In this document: positions 21,855-32,000 of the stretch, piece by piece | How positions within the stretch are numbered: the stretch's first letter is position 1 | How the letters are laid out: every line of letters starts with the position of its first letter | NCBI RefSeq assembly: GCF_042660085.1 | Contig: NZ_JBHSTI010000002.1 | Location: 480,001 to 512,000, forward strand | DNA: 32,000 nucleotides | Source of the DNA: Longivirga aurantiaca | GTDB taxonomy: Bacteria > Actinomycetota > Actinomycetes > S36-B12 > CAIYMF01 | Direction of reading: 5' to 3' | Notes under the pieces: generated by a model | Database searches by the model: none | What the model saw: only the letters and a program-made list of their open reading frames with translations | Told to the model about the DNA's origin: nothing | Made by a program: the position numbers and the translations under genes

Positions 21855-22714
21855 CGCCCGACGGCCACGACGGCCTGCTCGGCGCGACGGAGATCCGGCT
21901 GCTCGCCGACCGGCTCGGGGTGAGGCCGACGAAGCAGAAGGGCCAGAACTTCGTCATCGACGGCAACACCGTGCGGCGCATCGTGCGCACGGCGGAGGTC
22001 GGCCCCGACGACGTGGTGATCGAGGTCGGCCCCGGGCTCGGGTCGCTCACGCTCGCGCTGCTGCCCGAGGTGGCGCGCGTGGTCGCGATCGAGATCGACG
22101 ATGTGCTCGCCCCTGCCCTCGCCACGACCGTGGAGGCGCGCCGCCCGGACCTGCTCGACCGGCTCGAGGTCGTGCACGCCGACGCGCTGCAGGTGCGCTC
22201 GCTCGACGGCCCGGCCCCGACGGCGCTCGTCGCGAACCTGCCGTACAACGTCTCGGTGCCGGTGATCCTGCACCTGCTCGAGCACTTCCCGAGCATCCGT
22301 CGCGTGCTCGTGATGGTGCAGCTCGAGGTGGCCGACCGGCTCGCCGCCGGCCCGGGCTCGAAGGTCTACGGCGTGCCCAGCGTGAAGGCTCGCTGGTACG
22401 GCGACGTCGCGCTGGTCGGCAAGGTCGGCCGCACGGTCTTCTGGCCCGCGCCGAACGTCGACAGCGGCCTCGTCGCGATCACCCGTACATCGCCCCCGGA
22501 GACCACGGCGACCCGCGCCGAGGTGTTCGCCGTCGTCGACGCCGCCTTCGCCCAGCGCCGCAAGACCCTGCGTGCCGCGCTCGGTCAGTGGGCCGGCTCG
22601 CCCGCCGCGGCCGAGGAGATCCTGCGCGCCGCCGGTATCGACCCGAGCGAGCGCGGCGAGCAGCTCGACGTCGCCGCCTTCGCCGCCATCGCCGCCGCCC
22701 AGGGCCGCGAGTAG
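21851..22714 (+). CDS. rsmA: 16S rRNA (adenine(1518)-N6/adenine(1519)-N6)-dimethyltransferase
   Basis: [40 protein letters not shown] and [14 protein letters not shown]. The GTG start overlaps the tatD stop (GTGA). Confidence 0.97.
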   Translation: MTPDGHDGLLGATEIRLLADRLGVRPTKQKGQNFVIDGNTVRRIVRTAEVGPDDVVIEVGPGLGSLTLALLPEVARVVAIEIDDVLAPALATTVEARRPDLLDRLEVVHADALQVRSLDGPAPTALVANLPYNVSVPVILHLLEHFPSIRRVLVMVQLEVADRLAAGPGSKVYGVPSVKARWYGDVALVGKVGRTVFWPAPNVDSGLVAITRTSPPETTATRAEVFAVVDAAFAQRRKTLRAALGQWAGSPAAAEEILRAAGIDPSERGEQLDVAAFAAIAAAQGRE

Positions 22715-22762
22715 CTGCCCGAAGCGGGGTGATGGAGCCGCCCATCACCCCGCTTCGGGCAG
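22715..22762 (+). terminator. Perfect 21-bp inverted repeat between rsmA and ispE (terminator- or attenuator-like)
   Basis: CTGCCCGAAGCGGGGTGATGG-agccgc-CCATCACCCCGCTTCGGGCAG, immediately after the rsmA TAG. No T-tract follows. Confidence 0.6.
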
Positions 22763-22799
22763 TAACTCGCTTCTGCCCGCCAGCACATAGGGTCGGAGC

Positions 22800-23722
22800 G
22801 TGCTCGCTTCTGTGACGGTCCGCGCCCCGGCGAAGGTCAACCTCGCCCTCGGCGTCGGTCCGCTGCGCGAGGACGGCTTCCACGGGCTCGCCACGGTCTT
22901 CCACGCGGTCGGCCTGTACGACGACCTCGTCGCGACGCCGCTGCCCACGGGGTCGGGCATCCAGCTGCATGTCGCGGGCGAAGGCGCGTCCGAGGTGCCG
23001 CTCGATGGCACCAACCTCGCGTGGCGCGCGGTCGAGGCGCTCGTGCCGTACGGCGGGTCGCACGACGTCTCGCTCGCCATCCGCAAGGGGATCCCGGTGG
23101 CCGGCGGCATGGCCGGCGGAAGCGCCGATGCCGCCGCAGCCCTCGTCGCGGTCGACGCGCTCTTCGGCCTGGGCCTCGGCCGCGAGACCCTGATGGACGT
23201 GGGCGCCGAGCTCGGCAGCGACGTCCCGTTCTCGATCCACGGCGGTACGGCGGTGGGCCGCGACCGCGGCACCGAGCTGACCACCGCCATGGTCCGCGGC
23301 ACCTTCCACTGGGTCTTCGTCCTCGCCGAGGAGGGCCTGTCGACGCCCGCCGTCTACCGCGAGACCGACCGGCTGCGCGCCGGTCAGCCGGTGCCCGAGC
23401 CCGAGGTGCCGGCCGAGCTGATGTCGGCGCTGCGCGCAGGCGACCCCGTCGCCCTCGGCAAGGCGCTGCGCAACGACCTGCAGACCGGCGCGGTGTCGCT
23501 GCGACCCCTGCTCGCCCAGGTGCTCTCGATCGGCGAGGAGTACGGCGCCCTCGGCGGCGTCGTCTCCGGCAGCGGACCGACCTGCGCGTTCCTGGCGCGC
23601 GACGACGAGCACGCGCTCGACCTCGCCGTCGCGTTCACGGCGTCCGGCGTCTGCCGCACGGTGCGACGGGCGGTCGGCCCGGTCGCCGGGGCGAAGGTCG
23701 TCGACCAGCGGGCAGCAGGCTG

Positions 23723-23723
<1 letters not shown>
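22800..23723 (+). CDS. ispE: 4-diphosphocytidyl-2-C-methyl-D-erythritol kinase
   Basis: VRAPAKVNLALGVGPLREDGFHGLATVFHAV and KGIPVAGGMAGGSADAAAALVAVD (GHMP kinase motif). Start may be GTG 22800 or GTG 22812. Confidence 0.96.
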
Positions 23724-25624
<1,901 letters not shown>

Positions 25625-25633
25625 CCTGTCGCG

Positions 25634-26752
25634 GTGCAGAACTCCACGAAGGTCCTCGTCATCGGCGGGTCGGCCGCCGGCCTCGCCACGGCCGCGTGCC
25701 TGAAGGACACGGGCGTCCCGTTCGAGGTCCTCGAGGCGACCGACGTCGTGGGCACCGCGTGGCGCCACCACTACGACCGGCTGCACCTGCACACGCCCAA
25801 GTCGGCGTCCACGCTGCCGGGCACGCCGATGCCGCGCGGCTGGCCGCGCTACCCCGCACGCGAGCAGGTGGTGGAGTACCTCGAGACGTACGCCGCGGAG
25901 CACGGGATCGAGCCGCGCTTCGGGCAGACGGTGTCGAGCATCGAGCGCGCCGGCTCCGGCTGGACCGTGACGACGCAGGACACCACGTGGCACGCCGACC
26001 ACGTGGTGGTGGCGACCGGAGCCACGCGCGTGCCCGTGCGGCCGAGCTGGCCCGGCCTCGAGTCGTTCGGAGGCGCCGTCCTGCACTCGAGCGAGTACCG
26101 CAACGGCGAGCCGTGGCGCGGGGGATCGGTGCTCGTCGTCGGGTTCGGCAACTCCGCGTGCGAGCAGGCGATCGACCTCGTCGAGCACGGCGTCGCCGCG
26201 CACCTGTCGGTGCGCTCGCAGGTCAACGTGCTGCCGCGCGACCTGCTCGGCATCCCCGTCCTGAAGATGGGGATCGCGATGCGCGTGCTGCCGACCGGCC
26301 TCGCCGACGCCCTCGCCGCACCGCTCGTGCGGCTCACGGTCGGCGACATCACGAAGGTGGGCCTGAGGAAGCTGCCGTACGGCCCCAACACGCAGATCAA
26401 GAACGACAAGCACATCCCGCTGCTCGACATCGGCACGATGGACCACATCAAGGCGGGCCGCATCGCCGTGCACGGCGACATCGAGCGGTTCACGGCGTCC
26501 GGCGTCGTGTTCGACGACGGCGCCCAGGTCGACGTCGACGCCGTCGTGCTCGCGACCGGCTACCGCCCGGCCCTCGAGGACCTGCTGCCCGAGTGGCGCG
26601 CGGTCTGCGGCGACGACGGTCGACCGATCGTGAGCGGCGGCCCCACCGCGCTGCCGGGCCTGTGGTTCGTCGGCCAGTTCGTGTCGCCGTCGGGGATGCT
26701 GCGCGAGATGGGTCTCGAGGCCAAGCGCGTCGCCGCAGCCGTCGCTGGCTGA
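25634..26752 (+). CDS. Flavin-containing monooxygenase / NAD(P)-binding FAD oxidoreductase
   Basis: VLVIGGSAAGLATAACLKDTGVPFEVLEATDVVGTAW, VVVATGATRVPVRPSWPG, VLVVGFGNSACEQAIDLVEHG (second Rossmann) and LATGYRP. Confidence 0.9.
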   Translation: MQNSTKVLVIGGSAAGLATAACLKDTGVPFEVLEATDVVGTAWRHHYDRLHLHTPKSASTLPGTPMPRGWPRYPAREQVVEYLETYAAEHGIEPRFGQTVSSIERAGSGWTVTTQDTTWHADHVVVATGATRVPVRPSWPGLESFGGAVLHSSEYRNGEPWRGGSVLVVGFGNSACEQAIDLVEHGVAAHLSVRSQVNVLPRDLLGIPVLKMGIAMRVLPTGLADALAAPLVRLTVGDITKVGLRKLPYGPNTQIKNDKHIPLLDIGTMDHIKAGRIAVHGDIERFTASGVVFDDGAQVDVDAVVLATGYRPALEDLLPEWRAVCGDDGRPIVSGGPTALPGLWFVGQFVSPSGMLREMGLEAKRVAAAVAG

Positions 26753-26765
26753 GCGGGGCAGCGCG

Positions 26766-26794
26766 GGGCAGCCGGACCGGTGGCCCGGCTGCCC
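26766..26794. terminator. Hairpin between convergent genes, probable terminator
   Basis: GGGCAGCCGG-accggtggc-CCGGCTGCCC, a perfect 10-bp stem located between the stop codons of the convergent genes. Confidence 0.5.
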
Positions 26795-26808
26795 GGAGGC
26801 GCATCGGA

Positions 26809-27357
26809 CTACGACCTGCGGTCGGATGCGACGTAGGTGATCTCGCCCTGCGAGAAGGTCCCGCTCGTCGTCGTGGGAGGCGACTGGAGGTCCGAGCTCC
26901 GGGCCAGCAGCTGGCCCGAGCCGGTGGCGTGCAGGAACCGACCCGTGCCGCCGGTGATCGTCCAGTCGACGGTCGGGACGCTGATGAGTCCGCCGGACTC
27001 ATCGACGTAGAGGTAGAACGTGCCCGACTCCGCCATGTACAGCTGGTCCCCGTTCGCCGCGATGATCACGATCGTGCCGTGGTCGAACGTGCCGGTGGTC
27101 GGGCCGGTCAGGTAGCTGCAGTGGCTGATCGTGAACTGCGAGCGGCCCAGGTTCGACAGGTACGCGGTGCCGGACGCGGTGTAGCGCCAGACTGCGCCAG
27201 CGGGGCAGCCGGTCGGTGCTTCGGGCGGGAGGTCCTGGGTCACGACGGTGCCGGTCAGCGGGCGGCTGACGGGCGGTGGGGCCGCCGATGCGGCGGGAGG
27301 TGCGAGGCTCAGCACGGCCACGGCGGCCACGGCGAGCCCGATGAGTGCGCGCTTCAT
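26809..27357 (-). CDS. Secreted protein of unknown function (allene-oxide-cyclase/DUF-like beta-rich fold possible)
   Basis: Minus strand, from ATG MKRALIGLAVAAVAVLSLAPPAASAAPP (signal peptide), then GTFDHGTIVIIAANGDQLYMAESGTFY...TVDWTITGGTGRFLHATGSGQL. Confidence 0.75.
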   Translation of the reverse strand: MKRALIGLAVAAVAVLSLAPPAASAAPPPVSRPLTGTVVTQDLPPEAPTGCPAGAVWRYTASGTAYLSNLGRSQFTISHCSYLTGPTTGTFDHGTIVIIAANGDQLYMAESGTFYLYVDESGGLISVPTVDWTITGGTGRFLHATGSGQLLARSSDLQSPPTTTSGTFSQGEITYVASDRRS

Positions 27358-27523
27358 AAGGATCACTTCCCCGTCGGGGGCGATCGCCACCACTGTCTGT
27401 GGGGTCGCCAACCCCCACGGGAGATCCTGCTCCGACGCCGGGCCCGATGCAGGTCGGCCGCCGACGCCCGTCCTGGGGCCCAGGCCGGGGTGGTTCTGGC
27501 GCAGGGAAGGCCCGGGGCGGCGA

Positions 27524-28042
27524 TCAGGTGGGCGGGGTGTTCGCCGTGTCGAAGGGCAGGGTGAGGCTGCGGAGCACGGTGGCGAGGCGCTCCCGCTCGG
27601 TGACGGTGAGGGCGGCGAGGATGGCGCGCTCGTGGGCCAGCAGGTCGGTGAGGGCGTCGTCCACCCGCGTGCGACCGCCGTCGGTGAGCAGCACCCGGAC
27701 GCTGCGGCCGTCGGTGGGGTCGGGCACGCGCTCGACGAGGCCCTTGGCCTCGAGCCGGTCGATGCGGTTGGTCATCGTGCCGCTCGTGACGAGGGTGACC
27801 TGCAGCAGCCGTCCGGGGGAGAGCGCGTACGGCGGCCCCTCGCGGCGCAACGCTGCCAGGACGTCGAACTCCCACGGCTCGAGGTCGTGCGTCTCGAAGG
27901 CCTGACGCCGGGCGAGGTCGAGGTGGCGGGCGAGGCGCGAGACGCGCGACAGCACCTCCAGCGGGGCGACGTCGAGGTCGGGGCGCTCGCGGCGCCAGGC
28001 CTCGACGAGCGCGTCCACCTCGTCGCGGGGGTCGGTGCTCAC
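27524..28042 (-). CDS. MarR family transcriptional regulator
   Basis: 172 aa. Winged-helix signature LSPGRLLQVTLVTSGTMTNRIDRLEAKGLVERVPDPTDGRSVRVLLTDGGR. Confidence 0.92.
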   Translation of the reverse strand: MSTDPRDEVDALVEAWRRERPDLDVAPLEVLSRVSRLARHLDLARRQAFETHDLEPWEFDVLAALRREGPPYALSPGRLLQVTLVTSGTMTNRIDRLEAKGLVERVPDPTDGRSVRVLLTDGGRTRVDDALTDLLAHERAILAALTVTERERLATVLRSLTLPFDTANTPPT

Positions 28043-28087
28043 GGTCGGACTCTACGCCCGGTCTCTCGACGTCGAGATACCTGGGGA

Positions 28088-28525
28088 TCAGCCAAGCGAC
28101 GACCAGCGCGTCTCGCCGTCGTGCACCACGTCCGTGGGACGCAGCCCGATGCGCGCGGCGACCCGCTCCGACGCCGTGTGCCCGGGCGCGATGTGCGCGA
28201 TCACCTCGACCGCGCCGGCCTCGGTCATGGCCGTCACGAGCGCCGCGGCGGCCTCGCTGGCATAGCCGTGACCCTGCCACGGCGTGCCGACCACCCAGGC
28301 GAGCTCGGCGACCACCGCGGAGGCAGACGCCGTCACCGTCGCCTGCAGGAAGCCGACGGCCGATCCGCCGGCACGCTCCCGGGCGACCCAGTTGTGCCAG
28401 GTCTCCTGCCCGTCGTCCGAGCGGCCGAGCACCTGCCGCGCATAGCGGGCCTCGAGCTGGGCCACGGTCGGAGGCTCGCCGCCGGTGACGACGTACAGGG
28501 AGGGGTCGGACAGGACGTCGACCAT
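28088..28525 (-). CDS. GNAT family N-acetyltransferase
   Basis: AELAWVVGTPWQGHGYASEAAAALVTAMTEAGAVEVIAHIAPGHTASERVAARIGLRPT, acetyl-CoA binding region of GNATs. Confidence 0.9.
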   Translation of the reverse strand: MVDVLSDPSLYVVTGGEPPTVAQLEARYARQVLGRSDDGQETWHNWVARERAGGSAVGFLQATVTASASAVVAELAWVVGTPWQGHGYASEAAAALVTAMTEAGAVEVIAHIAPGHTASERVAARIGLRPTDVVHDGETRWSSLG

Positions 28526-28595
28526 CTCGGCTGCATGCTCGACCCGCAGCGGCTCGAGGTCGAGCCGCTCGGTGACGAGCGCCGGCGTGCTCAGG

Positions 28596-29285
28596 TCAGG
28601 CCTTCTTCGTGGCCTTGAGCGTGGGCTTCTTCTCCAGGCCCGCCAGCCCGTTCCAGGCGAGGTTCACCACGTGGGCGACGACCTCCTCCTTCTTGGGCTT
28701 GCGGACGTCGAGCCACCACTGACCGGTGAGCGCGACCATGCCGACGAGCATGTTGGCGTACATCGGCGCGAGCTTGGCCGGGAAGCCCTGGCGCTCGAAC
28801 TCGCGGGCGAGGCGGGCCTCGACCTGGCTGGCGACGTCGCGCAGCAGCGAGGCGAAGTTCCCCGTGCTCTGGGAGACGGGCGAGTCGCGCACGAGGATGC
28901 GGAATCCCTCGTTGTGCGTCTCGATGTAGTCGAACAGCGCCCGGCCGGCCTTCTCGAGCAGGTCGCGCGCGCCGCCGCTCGACCCGGTGAGCGAGTCGCT
29001 CACCATGCCCATGAGCGCGTTCATCTCGCGGTCGACGATGACGGCGTACAGGCCGTCCTTGCTGCCGAAGTGCTCGTAGACGACCGGCTTGGAGACGCCG
29101 GCCTTCGCGGCGATCTCCTCGATCGTGACGACCTCGAACCCCTTGGCGGCGAACAGCTTGCGACCCACGTCGATGAGCTGCTCGCGCCGCTCGCGGCCGC
29201 TCATGCGCACGCGCTCGGTGCGCTCCCGGCGTACAGGGGCGGGGTCGGCTTCGGCGGCGTCCGGCACGTTCGGGTCCACGGTCAC
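28596..29285 (-). CDS. TetR family transcriptional regulator
   Basis: MSGRERREQLIDVGRKLFAAKGFEVVTIEEIAAKAGVSKPVVYEHFGSKDGLYAVIVDREM, TetR HTH. GTG start at 29285 inferred. Confidence 0.92.
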   Translation of the reverse strand: MTVDPNVPDAAEADPAPVRRERTERVRMSGRERREQLIDVGRKLFAAKGFEVVTIEEIAAKAGVSKPVVYEHFGSKDGLYAVIVDREMNALMGMVSDSLTGSSGGARDLLEKAGRALFDYIETHNEGFRILVRDSPVSQSTGNFASLLRDVASQVEARLAREFERQGFPAKLAPMYANMLVGMVALTGQWWLDVRKPKKEEVVAHVVNLAWNGLAGLEKKPTLKATKKA

Positions 29286-29386
29286 GGCCTCATCCTGCCG
29301 CTCCGGCGGCCTGAACCGTCGACCGGACGCCGCGTCGCCCTCGCAGCACACCCTGGGAGGCGCTCTACCCTGGGCGTGCGAGACCT

Positions 29387-29463
29387 TCCCGGGTTGCTCT
29401 GCTGGCAGGGGCGACCGCACTTTGAATGCGGGTACGACGCAGGTTCGATTCCTGCCCCGGGAG
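29387..29463 (+). tRNA. tRNA-Gln (anticodon TTG), probable
   Basis: Acceptor TCCCGGG/CCCGGGA pairs perfectly. Anticodon arm CCGCA-CTTTGAA-TGCGG (anticodon TTG). T-arm GCAGG-TTCGATT-CCTGC. D-arm GCTC...GGGC. CCA not encoded. Confidence 0.7.
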
Positions 29464-29605
29464 CCCAGTGACAGGCGCGGGAACGGCGGGTGGACGGCTT
29501 CCGGCGCGGGGGTTCCGCGAGGTGGCCGGTCGGGCTCCGACCGGGTCCGGGCGCGGGGTAGGGTGATCCCGCCTCGCCCGCCACCTGGAGAGCAGTGACG
29601 CCCTC

Positions 29606-31108
29606 GTGAGCAGCCCACGACCGTCCGCCGTGGTCGTCCTCGCCGCTGGTGAGGGAACGCGCATGGTGTCGACGACGCCGAAGGTCCTCCACGAGATCGC
29701 CGGGCGCAGCCTCCTCGGGCACGTCCTCGCCGCCGTGGCCGGCCTCGACCCCGAGCACCTGGTCGTCGTCGTGGGCCACGGACGCGAGCGCGTCACCGAG
29801 CACCTCGCCTCGATCGCGCCGTCGGCCGTCGCCGTCGTCCAGGAGCAGCAGAACGGCACCGGGCACGCCGTCCGGGTCGCGCTGGAGGGCCTCGAGGCGA
29901 CGGGCGTCGCGCTCGACGGCTCCGGCCCGGTGCTGGTCGTCGCCGGCGACACCCCCCTGCTCACGACCGCCACCCTGCAGTCCCTCGTCGACACGCACGC
30001 CGCGGCAGGTGCGTCGTCGACCGTCCTCACCGCCGTGCTCGACGACCCCACGGGCTACGGCCGCGTGCTGCGCGACGGCGACTCCGTGACCGCGATCGTC
30101 GAGCACAAGGACGCCGACGACTCCCAGCGCGCGGTGCGCGAGGTCAACAGCGGCGTGTACGCGTTCGACGCCGCAGCCCTCCGCGACGCGCTCGGCCGCC
30201 TCACGACCGACAACGTGCAGGGCGAGGAGTACCTCACCGACGTGCTCGGGCTGCACGTCGCGTCCGGGCTCGTCGTCGCGGCGGTGACGGCGGACGACGC
30301 GAACGAGACCCTCGGCGTCAACGACCGCGTGCAGCTGGCCGAGGCACGCGCCCTGCTCCGCGACCGCACCAACACCGGCTGGATGCGGGCGGGCGTCACG
30401 ATCGTCGACCCCGCCACCACCTGGATCGACTCCGACGTCGTCCTCGCGCCCGACTGCGTGGTCGAGCGCAACACCGGCCTGCACGGCCGCACCACCATCG
30501 CGCGCGGCGCCGTCGTCGGCCCCGACACCACGCTCATCGACGTCGTCGTCGGCGAGGGCGCGAGCGTCCTGCGCAGCCAGGTCACGTCCGCCGACATCGG
30601 CGCGGGCGCCACGGTCGGCCCGTTCACGTTCGTCCGGCCTGGCACCGTGCTCGGCCCGAAGGCCAAGCTCGGCGCCTACGTCGAGGCCAAGAACGCCGTC
30701 ATCGGCGAGGGCTCCAAGGTGCCGCACCTGTCGTACGTCGGCGATGCGGAGATCGGCGTCGGCTCCAACCTGGGCGCCGGCACGATCACGGTGAACTACG
30801 ACGGCATCGACAAGCACCGCACGGTGATCGGCGACCACGTGCGCGTGGGCAGCGACTCCATGCTCATCGCGCCCGTGACGGTCGGGGACGGCGCCTACAC
30901 GGCGGCCGGCTCGGTCGTCACCGACGCCGTGCCGCCGGGCGCCATGGCCGTGGCGCGCGCCCGCCAGCGCAACATCGAGGGCTGGGTCGAGCGGCGACGC
31001 CCGGGCAGCCCCGCTGCTGAGGCGGCTGCTGCCGCCAAGGCCCACCACGCTTCCGGGACGGCGACCGCCGACCCCGGTGACAGCACGCACGAGGAGCAGG
31101 CCCAGTGA
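29606..31108 (+). CDS. glmU: Bifunctional N-acetylglucosamine-1-phosphate uridyltransferase / glucosamine-1-phosphate acetyltransferase
   Basis: [43 protein letters not shown], and C-terminal left-handed beta-helix hexapeptides with [41 protein letters not shown]. Confidence 0.98.
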   Translation: MSSPRPSAVVVLAAGEGTRMVSTTPKVLHEIAGRSLLGHVLAAVAGLDPEHLVVVVGHGRERVTEHLASIAPSAVAVVQEQQNGTGHAVRVALEGLEATGVALDGSGPVLVVAGDTPLLTTATLQSLVDTHAAAGASSTVLTAVLDDPTGYGRVLRDGDSVTAIVEHKDADDSQRAVREVNSGVYAFDAAALRDALGRLTTDNVQGEEYLTDVLGLHVASGLVVAAVTADDANETLGVNDRVQLAEARALLRDRTNTGWMRAGVTIVDPATTWIDSDVVLAPDCVVERNTGLHGRTTIARGAVVGPDTTLIDVVVGEGASVLRSQVTSADIGAGATVGPFTFVRPGTVLGPKAKLGAYVEAKNAVIGEGSKVPHLSYVGDAEIGVGSNLGAGTITVNYDGIDKHRTVIGDHVRVGSDSMLIAPVTVGDGAYTAAGSVVTDAVPPGAMAVARARQRNIEGWVERRRPGSPAAEAAAAAKAHHASGTATADPGDSTHEEQAQ

Positions 31109-32000
31109 CCGGCATCGTCCAGACCAGCCAGAAGCGGCTCGTCCTCATCGGGGGCCGCTCGCACCCCGAGCTCTCCGAGCACGTGGCGAAGGAGCTCGGC
31201 GTCGAGCTCGTCGACACGCAGGCGTACGACTTCGCCAACGGCGAGATCTTCGTGCGCTTCGAGGAGTCGGTGCGAGGCTGCGACGCGTTCGTGCTGCAGA
31301 GCCACACCGAGCCGATCAACAAGTGGATCATGGAGCAGCTGCTCATGGTCGACGCGCTCAAGCGCGCCTCGGCCAAGCGCATCACCGTGGTCATGCCGTT
31401 CTACGGCTACGCGCGCCAGGACAAGAAGCACCGCGGCCGCGAGCCGATCTCGGCCCGCCTCATCGCCGACCTGTTCCGCACCGCGGGCGCCGACCGCCTC
31501 ATGGCCGTCGACCTGCACACCGCGCAGATCCAGGGCTTCTTCGACGGCCCCGTCGACCACCTCTTCGCGCTGCCGCTGCTGGTGAAGTACGTCGCCCAGC
31601 ACATCGACCGGAACGAGATCACCGTCGTGTCGCCGGATGCCGGGCGCGTGCGCGTGGCCGAGCGCTGGACCGACCTGCTCGGCGCACCGCTGGCGATCAT
31701 CCACAAGCGTCGCGATCCGGACGTGCCCAACGAGGCGAAGGTCTTCGAGGTCGTCGGCGACGTCGAGGGCCGCATCTGCGTCGTCATCGACGACATGATC
31801 GACACCGGCGGCACGATCGTGAAGGCGGCCGAGCAGCTCTTCGAGAACGGTGCCAAGGACGTGATCGTCGCGGCGACGCACGCGATCCTGTCGGGTCCTG
31901 CCAAGGAGCGGTTCGAGAACAGCCGCGTGCGTCAGGTCATCGTGACCGACACGCTGCCGATCCCCGAGGAGCGCAGGTTCGACAAGCTCCTCGTGCTGCC
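31105..32000 (+). CDS. prs: Ribose-phosphate pyrophosphokinase (3' truncated by window edge)
   Basis: [55 protein letters not shown]; [23 protein letters not shown]; [13 protein letters not shown]. The GTG start overlaps the glmU stop. Confidence 0.97.
   Translation, partial: MTGIVQTSQKRLVLIGGRSHPELSEHVAKELGVELVDTQAYDFANGEIFVRFEESVRGCDAFVLQSHTEPINKWIMEQLLMVDALKRASAKRITVVMPFYGYARQDKKHRGREPISARLIADLFRTAGADRLMAVDLHTAQIQGFFDGPVDHLFALPLLVKYVAQHIDRNEITVVSPDAGRVRVAERWTDLLGAPLAIIHKRRDPDVPNEAKVFEVVGDVEGRICVVIDDMIDTGGTIVKAAEQLFENGAKDVIVAATHAILSGPAKERFENSRVRQVIVTDTLPIPEERRFDKLLVL

Overview
High-GC actinobacterial chromosomal window (Cellulomonas-like by composition and gene content, which is an inference). 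Most of it is a conserved housekeeping neighbourhood: a partial cystathionine beta-synthase, an Ala/Glu/Pro-rich Sel1/TPR protein, a SQR-like flavoprotein, a two-domain VOC protein, mfd, a SurA-like lipoprotein, mazG, a DUF885 protein, PMT, rsmI, metG, tatD, rsmA, ispE, an ABC-F ATPase, a flavin monooxygenase, MarR/GNAT/TetR genes, a tRNA-Gln-like gene, glmU and a partial prs. The least ordinary region is about 12.5-16.75 kb. It is an accessory-looking segment with a DUF222/HNH nuclease gene carrying a His-rich insertion, a serine hydrolase lipoprotein, decayed sequence and a frameshifted VOC pseudogene. Two related ~56-bp palindromic elements with compensatory stem changes bracket it. Other second-look items are a perfect 21-bp inverted repeat between rsmA and ispE with a competing alternative hairpin, and the modular Sel1 protein. 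I found no CRISPR array, prophage, toxin-antitoxin pair or clear multi-gene defence system. The very long ORFs antisense to mfd and metG are high-GC artefacts.
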